A stretch of 28,653 bases of DNA from Candidatus Heimdallarchaeota archaeon. GTDB lineage: Archaea > Asgardarchaeota > Heimdallarchaeia > Heimdallarchaeales > Heimdallarchaeaceae. The stretch spans positions 1-28,653 of the forward strand of contig JAEOSZ010000106.1 in NCBI GenBank assembly GCA_016840095.1, read 5' to 3'. A program made the translations under genes and the position numbers. The notes beneath the pieces are model-generated. The model saw only the letters and a list, made by a program, of their open reading frames with translations. It searched no databases and was not told the origin of the DNA. This document shows positions 1 through 9,413 of the stretch, in pieces. Within the stretch, counting starts at the first letter, position 1. Each line of letters begins with the position of its first letter.

Positions 1-939
1 CGAAGAATAAGGAATCTTGAAGGAGAACAGCTCATAGCTGAACTAGAGGAAATCATCCAAGATATCCGTGACAAGAAACTGGATAAATTGGGTGTTTTCA
101 AGCTTCAAATTGAAGAGCTTGAAAGTATGATTTCTCAAGCTAAAGCTAAACCTAAAGTAAAAGGTAGAGAACATGACCCCTTTCATATACCTTATTCAGG
201 TGATGGAAGAATAGCTTTGTTTGGTCTTTCAAACGTTGGTAAAAGTACTTTGATGAATGCTATAACCAACACTGATGTGAAAACAGGTGCTTATCTTCAT
301 ACAACTAGAGAAGCTCTTGCAGGAACTCTAGAATATGAAGACTTGAAGATACAGATTATAGATCTTCCTGGATTTCTAGATTTCCGAGAAGATTGGGCTA
401 TAAGTAAACAAATAGTCAGAGTTACAAGAACAAGTGATGCTATATTGATGGTTATAGATTTATCAATGGATATTGATAGACAGCTGAACTTCCTAATGAA
501 ACAGCTGGAGGATGCTAAATTGATAATTGATGAACAGACTCCATACAAACTAGGAATCATAGCTACTAAAGGAGATTTACCTGGATCAAAGGAAAGATTT
601 GAAGAGCTGAAAACTAAAACCAATCTTCCTATTCATCCAATAACAATCAAATCAGAAGAAACACTTGAAAGTCTAAAAATGATGCTTTTTGAGCAACTTG
701 AGGTTATTAGGATATATACTAAGAAACCCGGACAGAAAGCTGATTTAGAGCAACCTTTTGTTATCAGTGAAGGTTCGAAAGTTTCTGATGTAGCAAAGAA
801 AATTCATACAAGTTTCATCGATAGATTCAGATATGCAAAAGTTTGGGGACCATCAGGAGAGTTTGAAGGACAGCGAGTAGGTTTAGAGCATGAATTAGCA
901 GACACAGATATTCTTGAGATAATTGTTGAGAGAAGGTAA
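1..939 (+). CDS. OBG/DRG-family GTP-binding protein with C-terminal TGS domain (5'-partial)
   Basis: G1 GLSNVGKST, G2 YLHTT, G3 DLPG, G4 TKGD; TGS domain IRIYTKKPG...IH...FRYAKVWGPS...GQRVGLEHEL.D.DILEI. The frame is open from base 1 (RRIRNLEGEQLIAELEEII...), so the true start probably lies upstream of the window rather than at TTG 88. Confidence 0.9.
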   Translation, partial: RRIRNLEGEQLIAELEEIIQDIRDKKLDKLGVFKLQIEELESMISQAKAKPKVKGREHDPFHIPYSGDGRIALFGLSNVGKSTLMNAITNTDVKTGAYLHTTREALAGTLEYEDLKIQIIDLPGFLDFREDWAISKQIVRVTRTSDAILMVIDLSMDIDRQLNFLMKQLEDAKLIIDEQTPYKLGIIATKGDLPGSKERFEELKTKTNLPIHPITIKSEETLESLKMMLFEQLEVIRIYTKKPGQKADLEQPFVISEGSKVSDVAKKIHTSFIDRFRYAKVWGPSGEFEGQRVGLEHELADTDILEIIVERR

Positions 940-957
940 TCCTCTCTCTTTCTTTTC

Positions 958-1236
958 TCAAAAAACTAAATCTAGATCACAATTTGTGCAAAATATATGT
1001 CCAGAGGTATCATAGATTCCAATGTTCTTTACTATGGTAACTTCAGTCACTAGTTTCTTTTCAAAACACTCAGGACATTCAATTTGTGAAAAATCAGGAC
1101 TTCTTTCATTACATGACTGACATTGATGCACAACAGTTTTTTCTAACATCTCTATAGGTACAGCCATCATAGGATTAAGCACCTCTACAAACATATCTAA
1201 ATCTCCTCCACATATAGTGCATTCCATAGCTTTCAT
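958..1236 (-). CDS. Small zinc-ribbon protein (four CxxC pairs), function unknown
   Basis: CTIC, CQSC, CPEC and CTNC in 92 aa; fills the gap between neighbouring genes without overlap. Confidence 0.7.
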   Translation of the reverse strand: MKAMECTICGGDLDMFVEVLNPMMAVPIEMLEKTVVHQCQSCNERSPDFSQIECPECFEKKLVTEVTIVKNIGIYDTSGHIFCTNCDLDLVF

Positions 1237-1290
1237 TGAATGTTATTTTGTGCACATGTTTTAAAAACTAAATTGTCTATGTATAACCGA

Positions 1291-2742
1291 ATGACCTCAA
1301 TTACTCTCCATGGAGCTGTTGAAGAAATTGGTGGAAATAAGATTCTGATTGAAGATGGCTCAACAAAAGTCTTCTTCGATTTTGGGTTAAGTTTTGGTAA
1401 GTACGGAAGCTTCTTTTCTCCATACCTCCAACCTCGTCGTTATAGTATAATTAGTGATTATATCAATTTGGGATTATTACCAGATCTAACTGGTCTCTAT
1501 AGGCAAGATTATGAGAAACGTTTCAGAGAAACAAGTTCTGACCCAAAATATGATGGAGTAATACTCTCTCATCCTCATTTGGACCATGCTGGCTTTCTTT
1601 CGTATGTACGTCCAGATATCCCTGCTTATTGTTCTTCTGGGTGTAAAGCAATTTTAGAGGTTTTTGAAGAATCCTCTTATGGTTTTCACCAATATACTAG
1701 AATTAAAGAATCTTTCATAGTTAGGGAGAGTAAACGCGATGCATCAAAGAAGGTAAAAGATAGAACTTCGACTATACCAAGAGATGTTAATATTTTCAAG
1801 AACAGCTTTAAGGTTGGGGATGTAACAGTACATCCATTTCCAGTAGACCACTCAGTACCAGGAGCGAATTCATTCGTTATTGAAACCTCTGAAGGATCAA
1901 TTGTTTATACTGGAGATATTCGATTCCATGGAAGAAGAGCTAATTTCAGTCAAGCCTTTGTGGAAAAAGCTGCTTCCTTTGAACCAGAATTACTCATCAG
2001 TGAAGGAACAAATATTCATGAACCCAAAACCTACGGAGAAATGGATCTTCAGCAAGATCTGTTTTCAATTGTTGAAAACATTCGAGGATTGATAATTGTT
2101 AATTTTCCCGTAAGAGATACTGATAGGATGAGATCCTTCATAGAAGCAGCAAAAAAAACTGATAGGTCTTTGGTAGTTAATATGAGACAAGCATTTACAC
2201 TCAAAACATTGGCTGAATATGATGTTGCTCAGATGCCTGGATTGGAAGAAGTGAAGATTTTTGTTCCGAGAAAAGGCTGGGGTGTTCTTGATGATATGAA
2301 TTACCCTATTGAGATCCAAATGCAAGATTATCAAAGTTGGGAAAATCAATTCATTGAGCATGAAAATCGTGTTACAGCTGATGATATTAATGCTAATCCT
2401 GACAAGTATATTTTCAGATGTGATTTTGCTGAGTTGAAGTATCTTTTCGATATTAAACCACCTGAAGAATCAATTTACATTAGATCTGTAACTGAACCTG
2501 TGGATGAAGAGATGGAGTTAGATCAGAAAAAAGTAGACAATTGGTTAAAGTACTTCGGACTATATCCTTATACACAATTACATTGCTCTGGTCATGCTTC
2601 TGGATATGATATTCAAGAAATGACTAAGAAGATTAATCCCAAGAAAATTATGCCTATCCATACAGAAAGACCTACTGAGTTTAGTAACTTTCATGGTGAT
2701 GTGATTCTAAGGGCTTTAGGAGAAAAATACCATTTAAGTTAG
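1291..2742 (+). CDS. Metallo-beta-lactamase/beta-CASP-fold ribonuclease, RNase J-like
   Basis: GAVEEIGGN N-terminus, DFG, SHPHLDH (HxHxDH), DHSVPG, YTGD, HCSGHAS, PIHTE. Start placed at ATG 1291 (MTSITLHG); 1279 and 1240 are alternatives. Confidence 0.85.
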   Translation: MTSITLHGAVEEIGGNKILIEDGSTKVFFDFGLSFGKYGSFFSPYLQPRRYSIISDYINLGLLPDLTGLYRQDYEKRFRETSSDPKYDGVILSHPHLDHAGFLSYVRPDIPAYCSSGCKAILEVFEESSYGFHQYTRIKESFIVRESKRDASKKVKDRTSTIPRDVNIFKNSFKVGDVTVHPFPVDHSVPGANSFVIETSEGSIVYTGDIRFHGRRANFSQAFVEKAASFEPELLISEGTNIHEPKTYGEMDLQQDLFSIVENIRGLIIVNFPVRDTDRMRSFIEAAKKTDRSLVVNMRQAFTLKTLAEYDVAQMPGLEEVKIFVPRKGWGVLDDMNYPIEIQMQDYQSWENQFIEHENRVTADDINANPDKYIFRCDFAELKYLFDIKPPEESIYIRSVTEPVDEEMELDQKKVDNWLKYFGLYPYTQLHCSGHASGYDIQEMTKKINPKKIMPIHTERPTEFSNFHGDVILRALGEKYHLS

Positions 2743-3491
2743 CGAAGACAAGTTAGAAATCTTCCTCCATCAATACTTACTGTTTCTCCAGTTATCCAAA
2801 GAGCTTTATCTGATGCTAAGAATAGTATCAAATCTGCTACTTCATCAGGAGCCCCAACTCGACCTAATGGATGAGTCTGCTTACTATGCTCTAGAAACTT
2901 ACTGTATTGTTCCTCGTTCATCCCAGCAGCTCTATGAAGATTAGTTACTACAACACCTGGGTTTACTGCATTTACTCTAACTCCAAAGGGAGCTAAATCT
3001 AATGCAGAACATCTTGTTAAGTGATCTAAAGCTGCTTTGCTGACACAGTAAGAAAGGATTCCTGGAAATGCTCTAACACCTGTGACACTTGATACATTTA
3101 CAATGTTCCCTTTACTTTCCTTTAGAAATGGAATTGCTGTTTGCATTAGTAGAAAAACTGATCTCAAATTTACATCTATCATTTTGTCAAAATCTTCAAC
3201 TGAGGTACTCATGATATTTCCAGTTTCTAAGATTCCAGCAGCATTCACCAACACATCAATTTTATTCCATTCAAGTATAGTATCTCCAATTATCTTTTCT
3301 GCTGCATCTTTATCAGTAACATCAATTACAATATATTTTGCATCTATTTCTTCTGCTATAATTTTCAATCTTTCTTTAGATCGTGCAACAATTAGAACAT
3401 TAGCTCCTTCGCGTTTAAAGGCTCTAGCAGTAGCTAAACCTATTCCTGAGCTAGCTCCAGTGACAATAACTGTCTTTCCTTCAAATGACAT
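2739..3491 (-). CDS. Short-chain dehydrogenase/reductase (FabG-like SDR)
   Basis: TGASSGIG Rossmann motif, VNAAG, NVSS, YCVSK (YxxxK), NAVNPG, ITGETVSIDGG. ATG 3491 preferred over TTG 3506. Confidence 0.92.
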   Translation of the reverse strand: MSFEGKTVIVTGASSGIGLATARAFKREGANVLIVARSKERLKIIAEEIDAKYIVIDVTDKDAAEKIIGDTILEWNKIDVLVNAAGILETGNIMSTSVEDFDKMIDVNLRSVFLLMQTAIPFLKESKGNIVNVSSVTGVRAFPGILSYCVSKAALDHLTRCSALDLAPFGVRVNAVNPGVVVTNLHRAAGMNEEQYSKFLEHSKQTHPLGRVGAPDEVADLILFLASDKALWITGETVSIDGGRFLTCLR

Positions 3492-3577
3492 ATGTATTTG
3501 AAACAATCCTAGTAGAATAATCTTTCGAAGTAACTTTGTGAATAAGATATTTAAATCTTGAAATTAATGTTTCTTCT

Positions 3578-3964
3578 ATGTATAATTACATGTTCTGGTT
3601 ATTTTTTGCAAATTTTCTTTTTTATAGTTTCTTCATGATAAACATTGCATATTTGCAGGGATTTGGAGAATCAGAAAAAATGAATATGACTCCTTACTTT
3701 ACATTTCTTCATTTGGCTCTAGTTGCATTTCTTATATTTGGTATTGTAGAAGTCTTTAATGGAAGTGTTTTTGGTTTAGTTGCGATCATCATTTTCAGCG
3801 CAGGAAGTGTGCTCGCTCTTCCAATATACTATATTAAGAGGAAAGATTACATTAAGGAATCATATTCTTTATTTTCGAAGGTTTTTGCAGGCGGATACTT
3901 TCTTCTTTCTCTTGCAATAATTATAGTAATTATCGTTCTCTCAATAATGAATGTTATTGATTAG
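3578..3964 (+). CDS. Four-TM membrane protein, diverged paralogue of the downstream gene
   Basis: Four hydrophobic segments; residue pattern (FW..N..F, AY, F..LH, AG, SK, LLS.A) collinear with 4032..4427. Confidence 0.7.
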   Translation: MYNYMFWLFFANFLFYSFFMINIAYLQGFGESEKMNMTPYFTFLHLALVAFLIFGIVEVFNGSVFGLVAIIIFSAGSVLALPIYYIKRKDYIKESYSLFSKVFAGGYFLLSLAIIIVIIVLSIMNVID

Positions 3965-4031
3965 AAAAAATCCCTCCTATTTTTTTTCATTTTTTGAGTA
4001 AATCTTATATCTTTAAAAAAGAATTTTCCTT

Positions 4032-4427
4032 ATGTTACAAGCATTATTCTGGATATATGCAATCAATGCAATGTTTCTCATTTTACACGAAATAGAGTCA
4101 GCATATTGGAAAGAATGGGAACTATTCAAGTTAGGTGGGGGAATTACTGGATTTGTAGCACTACACATACCTATAATCGCAATGATTTTTCTTGGTTTAA
4201 TTACCGTTTATGATCCCTCTAGAATGGGTATGATAATATCATTGATTGTTTGTGCTGGAGGTTTTTTTGCTTTCTCGATACATACTTATTTCTTGAGAAA
4301 AGGAAAAGAAGAATTTACTCTACCAATATCTAAAATCCTACTCTACTTGATATTGTTGCTCTCAATAGCTCAATTAGTCTTAACAATACTCTCAATTGTT
4401 TATCATGATCCTCTTTATGTTATCTGA
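4032..4427 (+). CDS. Four-TM membrane protein, DUF6713-like
   Basis: HEIESAYWKEWELF motif, FVALH and SIH histidines, four TM segments. Family name recalled, not searched. Confidence 0.75.
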   Translation: MLQALFWIYAINAMFLILHEIESAYWKEWELFKLGGGITGFVALHIPIIAMIFLGLITVYDPSRMGMIISLIVCAGGFFAFSIHTYFLRKGKEEFTLPISKILLYLILLLSIAQLVLTILSIVYHDPLYVI

Positions 4428-4441
4428 TAATAAAACGAGAG

Positions 4442-4454
4442 AAAATATAAAAGA
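4442..4454 (+). promoter_or_regulatory. Putative archaeal BRE/TATA box of ferredoxin 1
   Basis: AAAATATAAAAGA; TATAAAA starts at 4446, 36 nt before the ATG, with the same motif and spacing upstream of copy 2. Confidence 0.55.
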
Positions 4455-4481
4455 CAATAGTGCATAGTTCATTTGATACTT

Positions 4482-4694
4482 ATGTCAGTAAAGGAATTTG
4501 TTTCAGAAGATTGGACGATGAAGATAGATCATGCAAAATGTGATGGATCTGCAAATTGTGTTGAATCCTGCCCTTCAGATGTTTTTGAGATCAAGGATAA
4601 CAAAGCATATGCACCAAACATTGATGACTGTATCGAGTGTTGTGCATGCGTAATGGACTGTCCTACTGGTGCTATATGGCATACATCTTGTTGA
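4482..4694 (+). CDS. Dicluster ferredoxin, copy 1
   Basis: CDGSANCVESCP and CIECCACVMDCP cluster motifs; ATG 4482 (TTG 4473 alternative). Confidence 0.9.
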   Translation: MSVKEFVSEDWTMKIDHAKCDGSANCVESCPSDVFEIKDNKAYAPNIDDCIECCACVMDCPTGAIWHTSC

Positions 4695-4708
4695 TTACTT
4701 CTAGGGAT

Positions 4709-4721
4709 AAAATATAAAAGA
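4709..4721 (+). promoter_or_regulatory. Putative archaeal BRE/TATA box of ferredoxin 2
   Basis: AAAATATAAAAGA; TATAAAA starts at 4713, 36 nt before ATG 4749. Confidence 0.55.
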
Positions 4722-4748
4722 AAGAAATATGTTCACATCTTGATAATC

Positions 4749-4961
4749 ATGTCAATTAAGGAATATGTTTCTGATGACTGGACAATTAAAATTGATCATA
4801 ACAAATGCATTGGTGCAGGAGATTGTGTCGATGTTTGTCCCTCTGATGTATTTGAATTAGTAGATGGAAAATCGACAGCCCCTAACACTGATGATTGTAT
4901 TGAGTGCTGCGCCTGCGTAGGAGCATGTCCAGTTGAAGCTATAGAACACACTAGCTGCTGA
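4749..4961 (+). CDS. Dicluster ferredoxin, copy 2
   Basis: CIGAGDCVDVCP and CIECCACVGACP; 48/70 residues identical to copy 1 by manual count. Confidence 0.9.
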   Translation: MSIKEYVSDDWTIKIDHNKCIGAGDCVDVCPSDVFELVDGKSTAPNTDDCIECCACVGACPVEAIEHTSC

Positions 4962-5409
4962 ACTTAATATTTGCTAAGTTTTCAATTTTTTCTTTTTTTA
5001 CTTCTCTAAAAGTAAAGAGACCTTTAGTACAGATATCTCCAGCTGAGTCCTTGATATATCCTTGAATGATCATATCTCTCCCTTCTACTTCTTGAATCTC
5101 TCCTACTATCTTAATTGAATCTTCAACATATAGAGGTTTGAGGAAATTGATATTTACATTAATAGTCAAACCTGTTTTCTCTAATAGAGTAATCATTGTC
5201 CATCCACATACTTCATCAAGAAGAACTGTCTGTAGCCCACCATGAGCTATTTTTCCCCATCCTCCATAAGTATCGGGTATTTTGAAATCTGCACCTAGAG
5301 AATTTTCAGAGATTTTGTAAAAGTTTAATTTCGCACCAATTGGATTAGATTCTCCACAGCCAAAACAATAGTCATTGACTCCCAATTCTTTATCAATATA
5401 TTCTTTCAT
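4951..5409 (-). CDS. PaaI-family hotdog-fold thioesterase
   Basis: CFGCGESNPIG, GWGKIAHGG...LLDEV.GW, T..VNINFLKPL. Confidence 0.88.
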   Translation of the reverse strand: MKEYIDKELGVNDYCFGCGESNPIGAKLNFYKISENSLGADFKIPDTYGGWGKIAHGGLQTVLLDEVCGWTMITLLEKTGLTINVNINFLKPLYVEDSIKIVGEIQEVEGRDMIIQGYIKDSAGDICTKGLFTFREVKKEKIENLANIKFSS

Positions 5410-5564
5410 TATGCTACACTAAACTATTGGAATATCTTTTTTTCTGTTCAAACATAAGTTGATTTTACTATATTTTTGTTCTATAATAATATAAGAAACA
5501 TTCATATGCTTCAACTCCTTAGTTAATAAAAACGAAAGTAAAATGAAGAAGGATGTAAAATTGC

Positions 5565-6449
5565 ATGCCAAAATCTGCAATTATAATTGACTCAACATCA
5601 GATATTTCTCAGAATCTTATTGATAAATACAAATTGCATTCCATATCAGTCTATATAGTTTTTCCTGATACTGACGAAGCTTTGAAGGATAAAACTGATA
5701 TCTCAAGAGAACAATACTTTGAAAGATTAGAAAATGAAAAAAAGCATCCTTTTACCACACAACCAAGTCCAAACGAATTTTTATCTTTATATAGAAAATT
5801 GGAGAAGGAAGGTGTTAAGGAAATCTTATATGTCCCGTTTTCTTCGAAATTGTCAGGTTTGTATAATAATGCACATCTAGCTAAGAAGCTTTATCAGAAA
5901 GAAGGTGGAAAATCAGAAATTGCGATTCATGATTCTAAACAGAGTTCTATGGGAGTGGGAATACAAGCTTTGAAAGCTGCAACTTTATTTCAACAAGGTT
6001 TTACTCTTCATGAAGTTTTAGAAAAACTAGAGTATTTTAGAATTAACCAACTAAAATCTACACTTGTTGTTGAATCATTAAAATATTTAATGAAAGGAGG
6101 TAGAATTAGTAAGATTCAATATGCTATTGGATCAGTTCTGGGTTTAACTCCATGTTTAGAAGGAACTTTAGAAGGATTACTTGTTTCATATGATAGAACA
6201 AGAAATTACCAAGAAGGTATAATGAATGTGATAGATAGAGCTTTTGAGGAAATAAAAGAGAAAGAAGATTTAGCTATCTATATAATAGAGGGTAAAGCTG
6301 AAGAAGGAGTTCGAATAGCTAAAAAGTGTTTACATGAAAAATATCCTGATATCAAGATAACTGGTGTTCTACCATTGGGAGCTGCAATTTATACACATAC
6401 TGGTCCTGGAGTAGTTGCATTTATTTTATTCAAAAACTTCGATTTCTAA
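5565..6449 (+). CDS. DegV-family fatty-acid-binding protein
   Basis: IIIDSTSDI, PFTTQPSP, SSKLSG.Y, HDSKQSSMG.G, LKYL.KGGRI, HTGPG. Confidence 0.93.
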   Translation: MPKSAIIIDSTSDISQNLIDKYKLHSISVYIVFPDTDEALKDKTDISREQYFERLENEKKHPFTTQPSPNEFLSLYRKLEKEGVKEILYVPFSSKLSGLYNNAHLAKKLYQKEGGKSEIAIHDSKQSSMGVGIQALKAATLFQQGFTLHEVLEKLEYFRINQLKSTLVVESLKYLMKGGRISKIQYAIGSVLGLTPCLEGTLEGLLVSYDRTRNYQEGIMNVIDRAFEEIKEKEDLAIYIIEGKAEEGVRIAKKCLHEKYPDIKITGVLPLGAAIYTHTGPGVVAFILFKNFDF

Positions 6450-6500
6450 AGACTGGCTATAGAAAAGAAAAAAATATTGCAATAAAAGAATGAAAGAATT

Positions 6501-7313
6501 TTATTTTTTCTTAGAAAACCATGGTATTAGCGCACTTGTTCTTTTCTTGTAATCTTGATAATCTTCGTTATTTTCAAATCTCTTTTCGGCTAAAGGAAGT
6601 CCGGTAACATAAATTAGAAGCATTGCTATAATAATAGGACTCAGAATCGATACAAAGTTCCAAGCTTTTAATTCATAAAGAGCTATGAAAAACAAGCCAA
6701 ACCACATAGTTATTTCACCAAAATAATTGGGATGACGAGAATATTTCCAGAGACCCTTTGTCATAATTTTGCCTTTGTTTTCTGTTTTTTTCTTAAAAAT
6801 ATGCATTTGTAAATCTGCAATAAACTCAAATAGAAAGCCAATAGACCAAATACTAATACCTATATAATCAAGTACCCCGAGAGGTCCACCATTTGATGTG
6901 TTTGCAGTAACTACAAGAACAGGTAATCCAATAATCATAATTAAAATAACTTGTGATAAATATATTTGAAGAAATCCTCTCCACCAAAGAGTTTTACCCC
7001 ATTCATCACGGTATATTTTAAATCGTCTATCTTCGCCTGTTTCCTCATCTTTTCCAAATTTTCTCAGAGTCAGAAATACAGCAATCCTAACTCCCCATAG
7101 AATTACCAATACTGTACTCAAAATCTTTCTTTCTATAAGAAAATCACTTCCACTTACAATCCAAGAAACAACAGCAACTAAAATAAACCCTGCTCCATAT
7201 GCAATATCTACTGTATTGAAACTTTTTTGATATAAGCCTATGAAATAGAATATTAGAAATAATCCAAATACAGCAAGTAAGCTCCATAAAATAGGAATAA
7301 TCATGAATATCAT
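6501..7313 (-). CDS. DUF1295 / steroid 5-alpha-reductase-like membrane protein
   Basis: WGVRIA, EDRRF, E.IADLQ, GLWKYSRHPNYFGE, Y..RTS.LIPW; multiple TM segments. Start may be 7304. Confidence 0.9.
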   Translation of the reverse strand: MIFMIIPILWSLLAVFGLFLIFYFIGLYQKSFNTVDIAYGAGFILVAVVSWIVSGSDFLIERKILSTVLVILWGVRIAVFLTLRKFGKDEETGEDRRFKIYRDEWGKTLWWRGFLQIYLSQVILIMIIGLPVLVVTANTSNGGPLGVLDYIGISIWSIGFLFEFIADLQMHIFKKKTENKGKIMTKGLWKYSRHPNYFGEITMWFGLFFIALYELKAWNFVSILSPIIIAMLLIYVTGLPLAEKRFENNEDYQDYKKRTSALIPWFSKKK

Positions 7314-7415
7314 TTTAACTTGGTAAACGAAGTATATGTATTTTTGGTCTTGTTGAAACTGCAGATTTAATATCGTAAGTATTACTTTTGTAAATAATAG
7401 GAAAAGAACTTAAGC

Positions 7416-7706
7416 TTATTCTTTTTTAGGTATAGCTAATCTGTAAGCTTTTAATCCACCTGAAACTAACATGGCAATACCACTTGCTAGAAGTGGAAAC
7501 ATAATTATTAGCCAGATTATCAATAAAGGATCACCAACTCGATCTTCTTTAGGTATATGGAATAATTTATTGTAAAACCAGATGTAAAAACCTTCCCAAC
7601 CAAGCCAAAATCCCAATAATATTAATAGGATGCTTGCTCCTCCAAATCCTTTTCCAAGAGCTTTGAAGAAAGCTTTTCTAGTATCTTTATCGTATCTGAC
7701 ACTCAT
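7416..7706 (-). CDS. Small two-TM hypothetical membrane protein
   Basis: ATG-started 96-aa ORF with two hydrophobic helices and no overlap with neighbours. Confidence 0.65.
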   Translation of the reverse strand: MSVRYDKDTRKAFFKALGKGFGGASILLILLGFWLGWEGFYIWFYNKLFHIPKEDRVGDPLLIIWLIIMFPLLASGIAMLVSGGLKAYRLAIPKKE

Positions 7707-7811
7707 TGAACTTCAAATTGCAGAAAAAAAGACTCTTTAAATCTTTTTTGCTCAAGTAAAAATATCTGTAAAGGAAGATTTATTTCTTACTTAATTGAAA
7801 AGAAATCAGAA

Positions 7812-8615
7812 ATGTCTAACGGAAATCATTCAGAACGAGAATTGCTGGATATGAATGAATATAGTTTCTATTACTATATGCCAGATTCTTATGTTGAGAA
7901 AAATAAGTTAGGTTATTTCATAAAAAACAGAAGTATTGAAACCTATAGTTATGTTGTTCCAACTGAATATGGTGATGAAAACTTTCAAGAGTTCATTGAT
8001 TTTACTCATTCATTTTTCGCAGATGGAAAGGAATACTACATTGTGAAGGTATATCATAATGACTACTTCCTAAAAAACTCCAAAATCTTACGTGATAAGA
8101 GGCTAATCCAATATCATTTAGATACTTCAGTTATGTCATGGGAGAAATCATGTGATGATAAACTAACTCCGGAGACTTATCTTGATATAGATCTTCTCTC
8201 TGCAAAGAAACTTAATCGATGGATAAGTGTATTTTTTGATTCTTTTAACTATCCTCCTCACTTGAAGAAGTACATTACTTCGATGGTCAAAAAACAACAT
8301 GAAAATGGAATCGAGTTTTTTATAGGAACAGTTTCGGGTAAGGATGTTAGTTGTTTTTGTTGTTATGAAGATGAGAACTATTTGGGGATTTATGGAGTTG
8401 GGACTAGGCAAAAACATCGTAGAAAAGGATACGCAAAAACGATGATGTCAAATTATATTGAGGAAAAGAATCAAACAAATCCTCAACTCAAGTTTTGTCT
8501 TCAAGCTCAGAAAAATTCTGGTGCTGAACTTCTTTACAAAAGTATAGGTTTTGATTCTCCATATGTTCAGAAAAGATTTGATTGGGACCCTTCAACATCT
8601 AATTTGTTATTCTAG
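7812..8615 (+). CDS. GNAT-family N-acetyltransferase
   Basis: C-terminal acetyl-CoA motif A GIYGVGTRQKHRRKGYAKTMM and motif B LQAQ..SGAELLYKSIGF. Confidence 0.82.
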   Translation: MSNGNHSERELLDMNEYSFYYYMPDSYVEKNKLGYFIKNRSIETYSYVVPTEYGDENFQEFIDFTHSFFADGKEYYIVKVYHNDYFLKNSKILRDKRLIQYHLDTSVMSWEKSCDDKLTPETYLDIDLLSAKKLNRWISVFFDSFNYPPHLKKYITSMVKKQHENGIEFFIGTVSGKDVSCFCCYEDENYLGIYGVGTRQKHRRKGYAKTMMSNYIEEKNQTNPQLKFCLQAQKNSGAELLYKSIGFDSPYVQKRFDWDPSTSNLLF

Positions 8616-9314
8616 TTCAATCCCTTTCCATTCTTTATCAGCTTCTTGAAGGTCTTTTGGGCTGTCAATACTTCTCCAATAATAACCAGGATCAACTTTG
8701 AAAGCTTTTAATTGTTGTTCCTTAGCTAAGTTTACGAAAATAGTTTCTTCCATTTGACCTTGTGTTGGAAATCTATCTAGGACATCACTCTTGAATAAAT
8801 CAATTCCTGCATGAATCCAATGATCTAACATAGGTTTTTCTCTGAACTCAGATATTATATTATTCTCTTTTATATCTACTATTCCAAAAGGACTGCGCAT
8901 TTTTACAACTGCTATTGTTCCTAGTTCAGGTCCTGCAATATGATTTTTAATAAGTTCATCTAAACCAAAATTGGTAAGAATGTCACCATTCATTACAACA
9001 ACATTGGTACTTGAAACAAACCCCTGTGCTAGTTTTATTGCTCCTCCAGACCCAAGCTTCTCTTGTTCTTTACTATAACTGACTTCTATCTCACCATAGG
9101 GAGTTTCATAAATGCTACCAAATTGTTCTTCGATATAACCAGCTAAATGTCTTACTGCGAGGATTGCGTGGGTTATATTATACTTTCTTAACCATTCTAA
9201 TTCCCATGCTAGGATAGTTTTCCCCATAATCTCAACCATAGCTTTAGGATAGCTATCCTGTGTAACTGTTCGAATTCTAGTTCCTAACCCACCACAGAGC
9301 AATATTGAATCCAT
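8607..9314 (-). CDS. Sugar-phosphate nucleotidyltransferase family protein
   Basis: ILLCGGLGTRIR, PKAMVEI.GK.IL, E.EKLGSGGAI, VMNGDI, FREKP, W.SIDSPKDL. Confidence 0.92.
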   Translation of the reverse strand: MDSILLCGGLGTRIRTVTQDSYPKAMVEIMGKTILAWELEWLRKYNITHAILAVRHLAGYIEEQFGSIYETPYGEIEVSYSKEQEKLGSGGAIKLAQGFVSSTNVVVMNGDILTNFGLDELIKNHIAGPELGTIAVVKMRSPFGIVDIKENNIISEFREKPMLDHWIHAGIDLFKSDVLDRFPTQGQMEETIFVNLAKEQQLKAFKVDPGYYWRSIDSPKDLQEADKEWKGIELE

Positions 9315-9413
9315 ACCTTACTCGGTTCGAATGATAGTTTAATAAGTTTTTCCCAAATTACTGCTAGTATCTTCGTAAGATTAATATTAAGGAAAAGAGT
9401 TTAGTAAATCATT

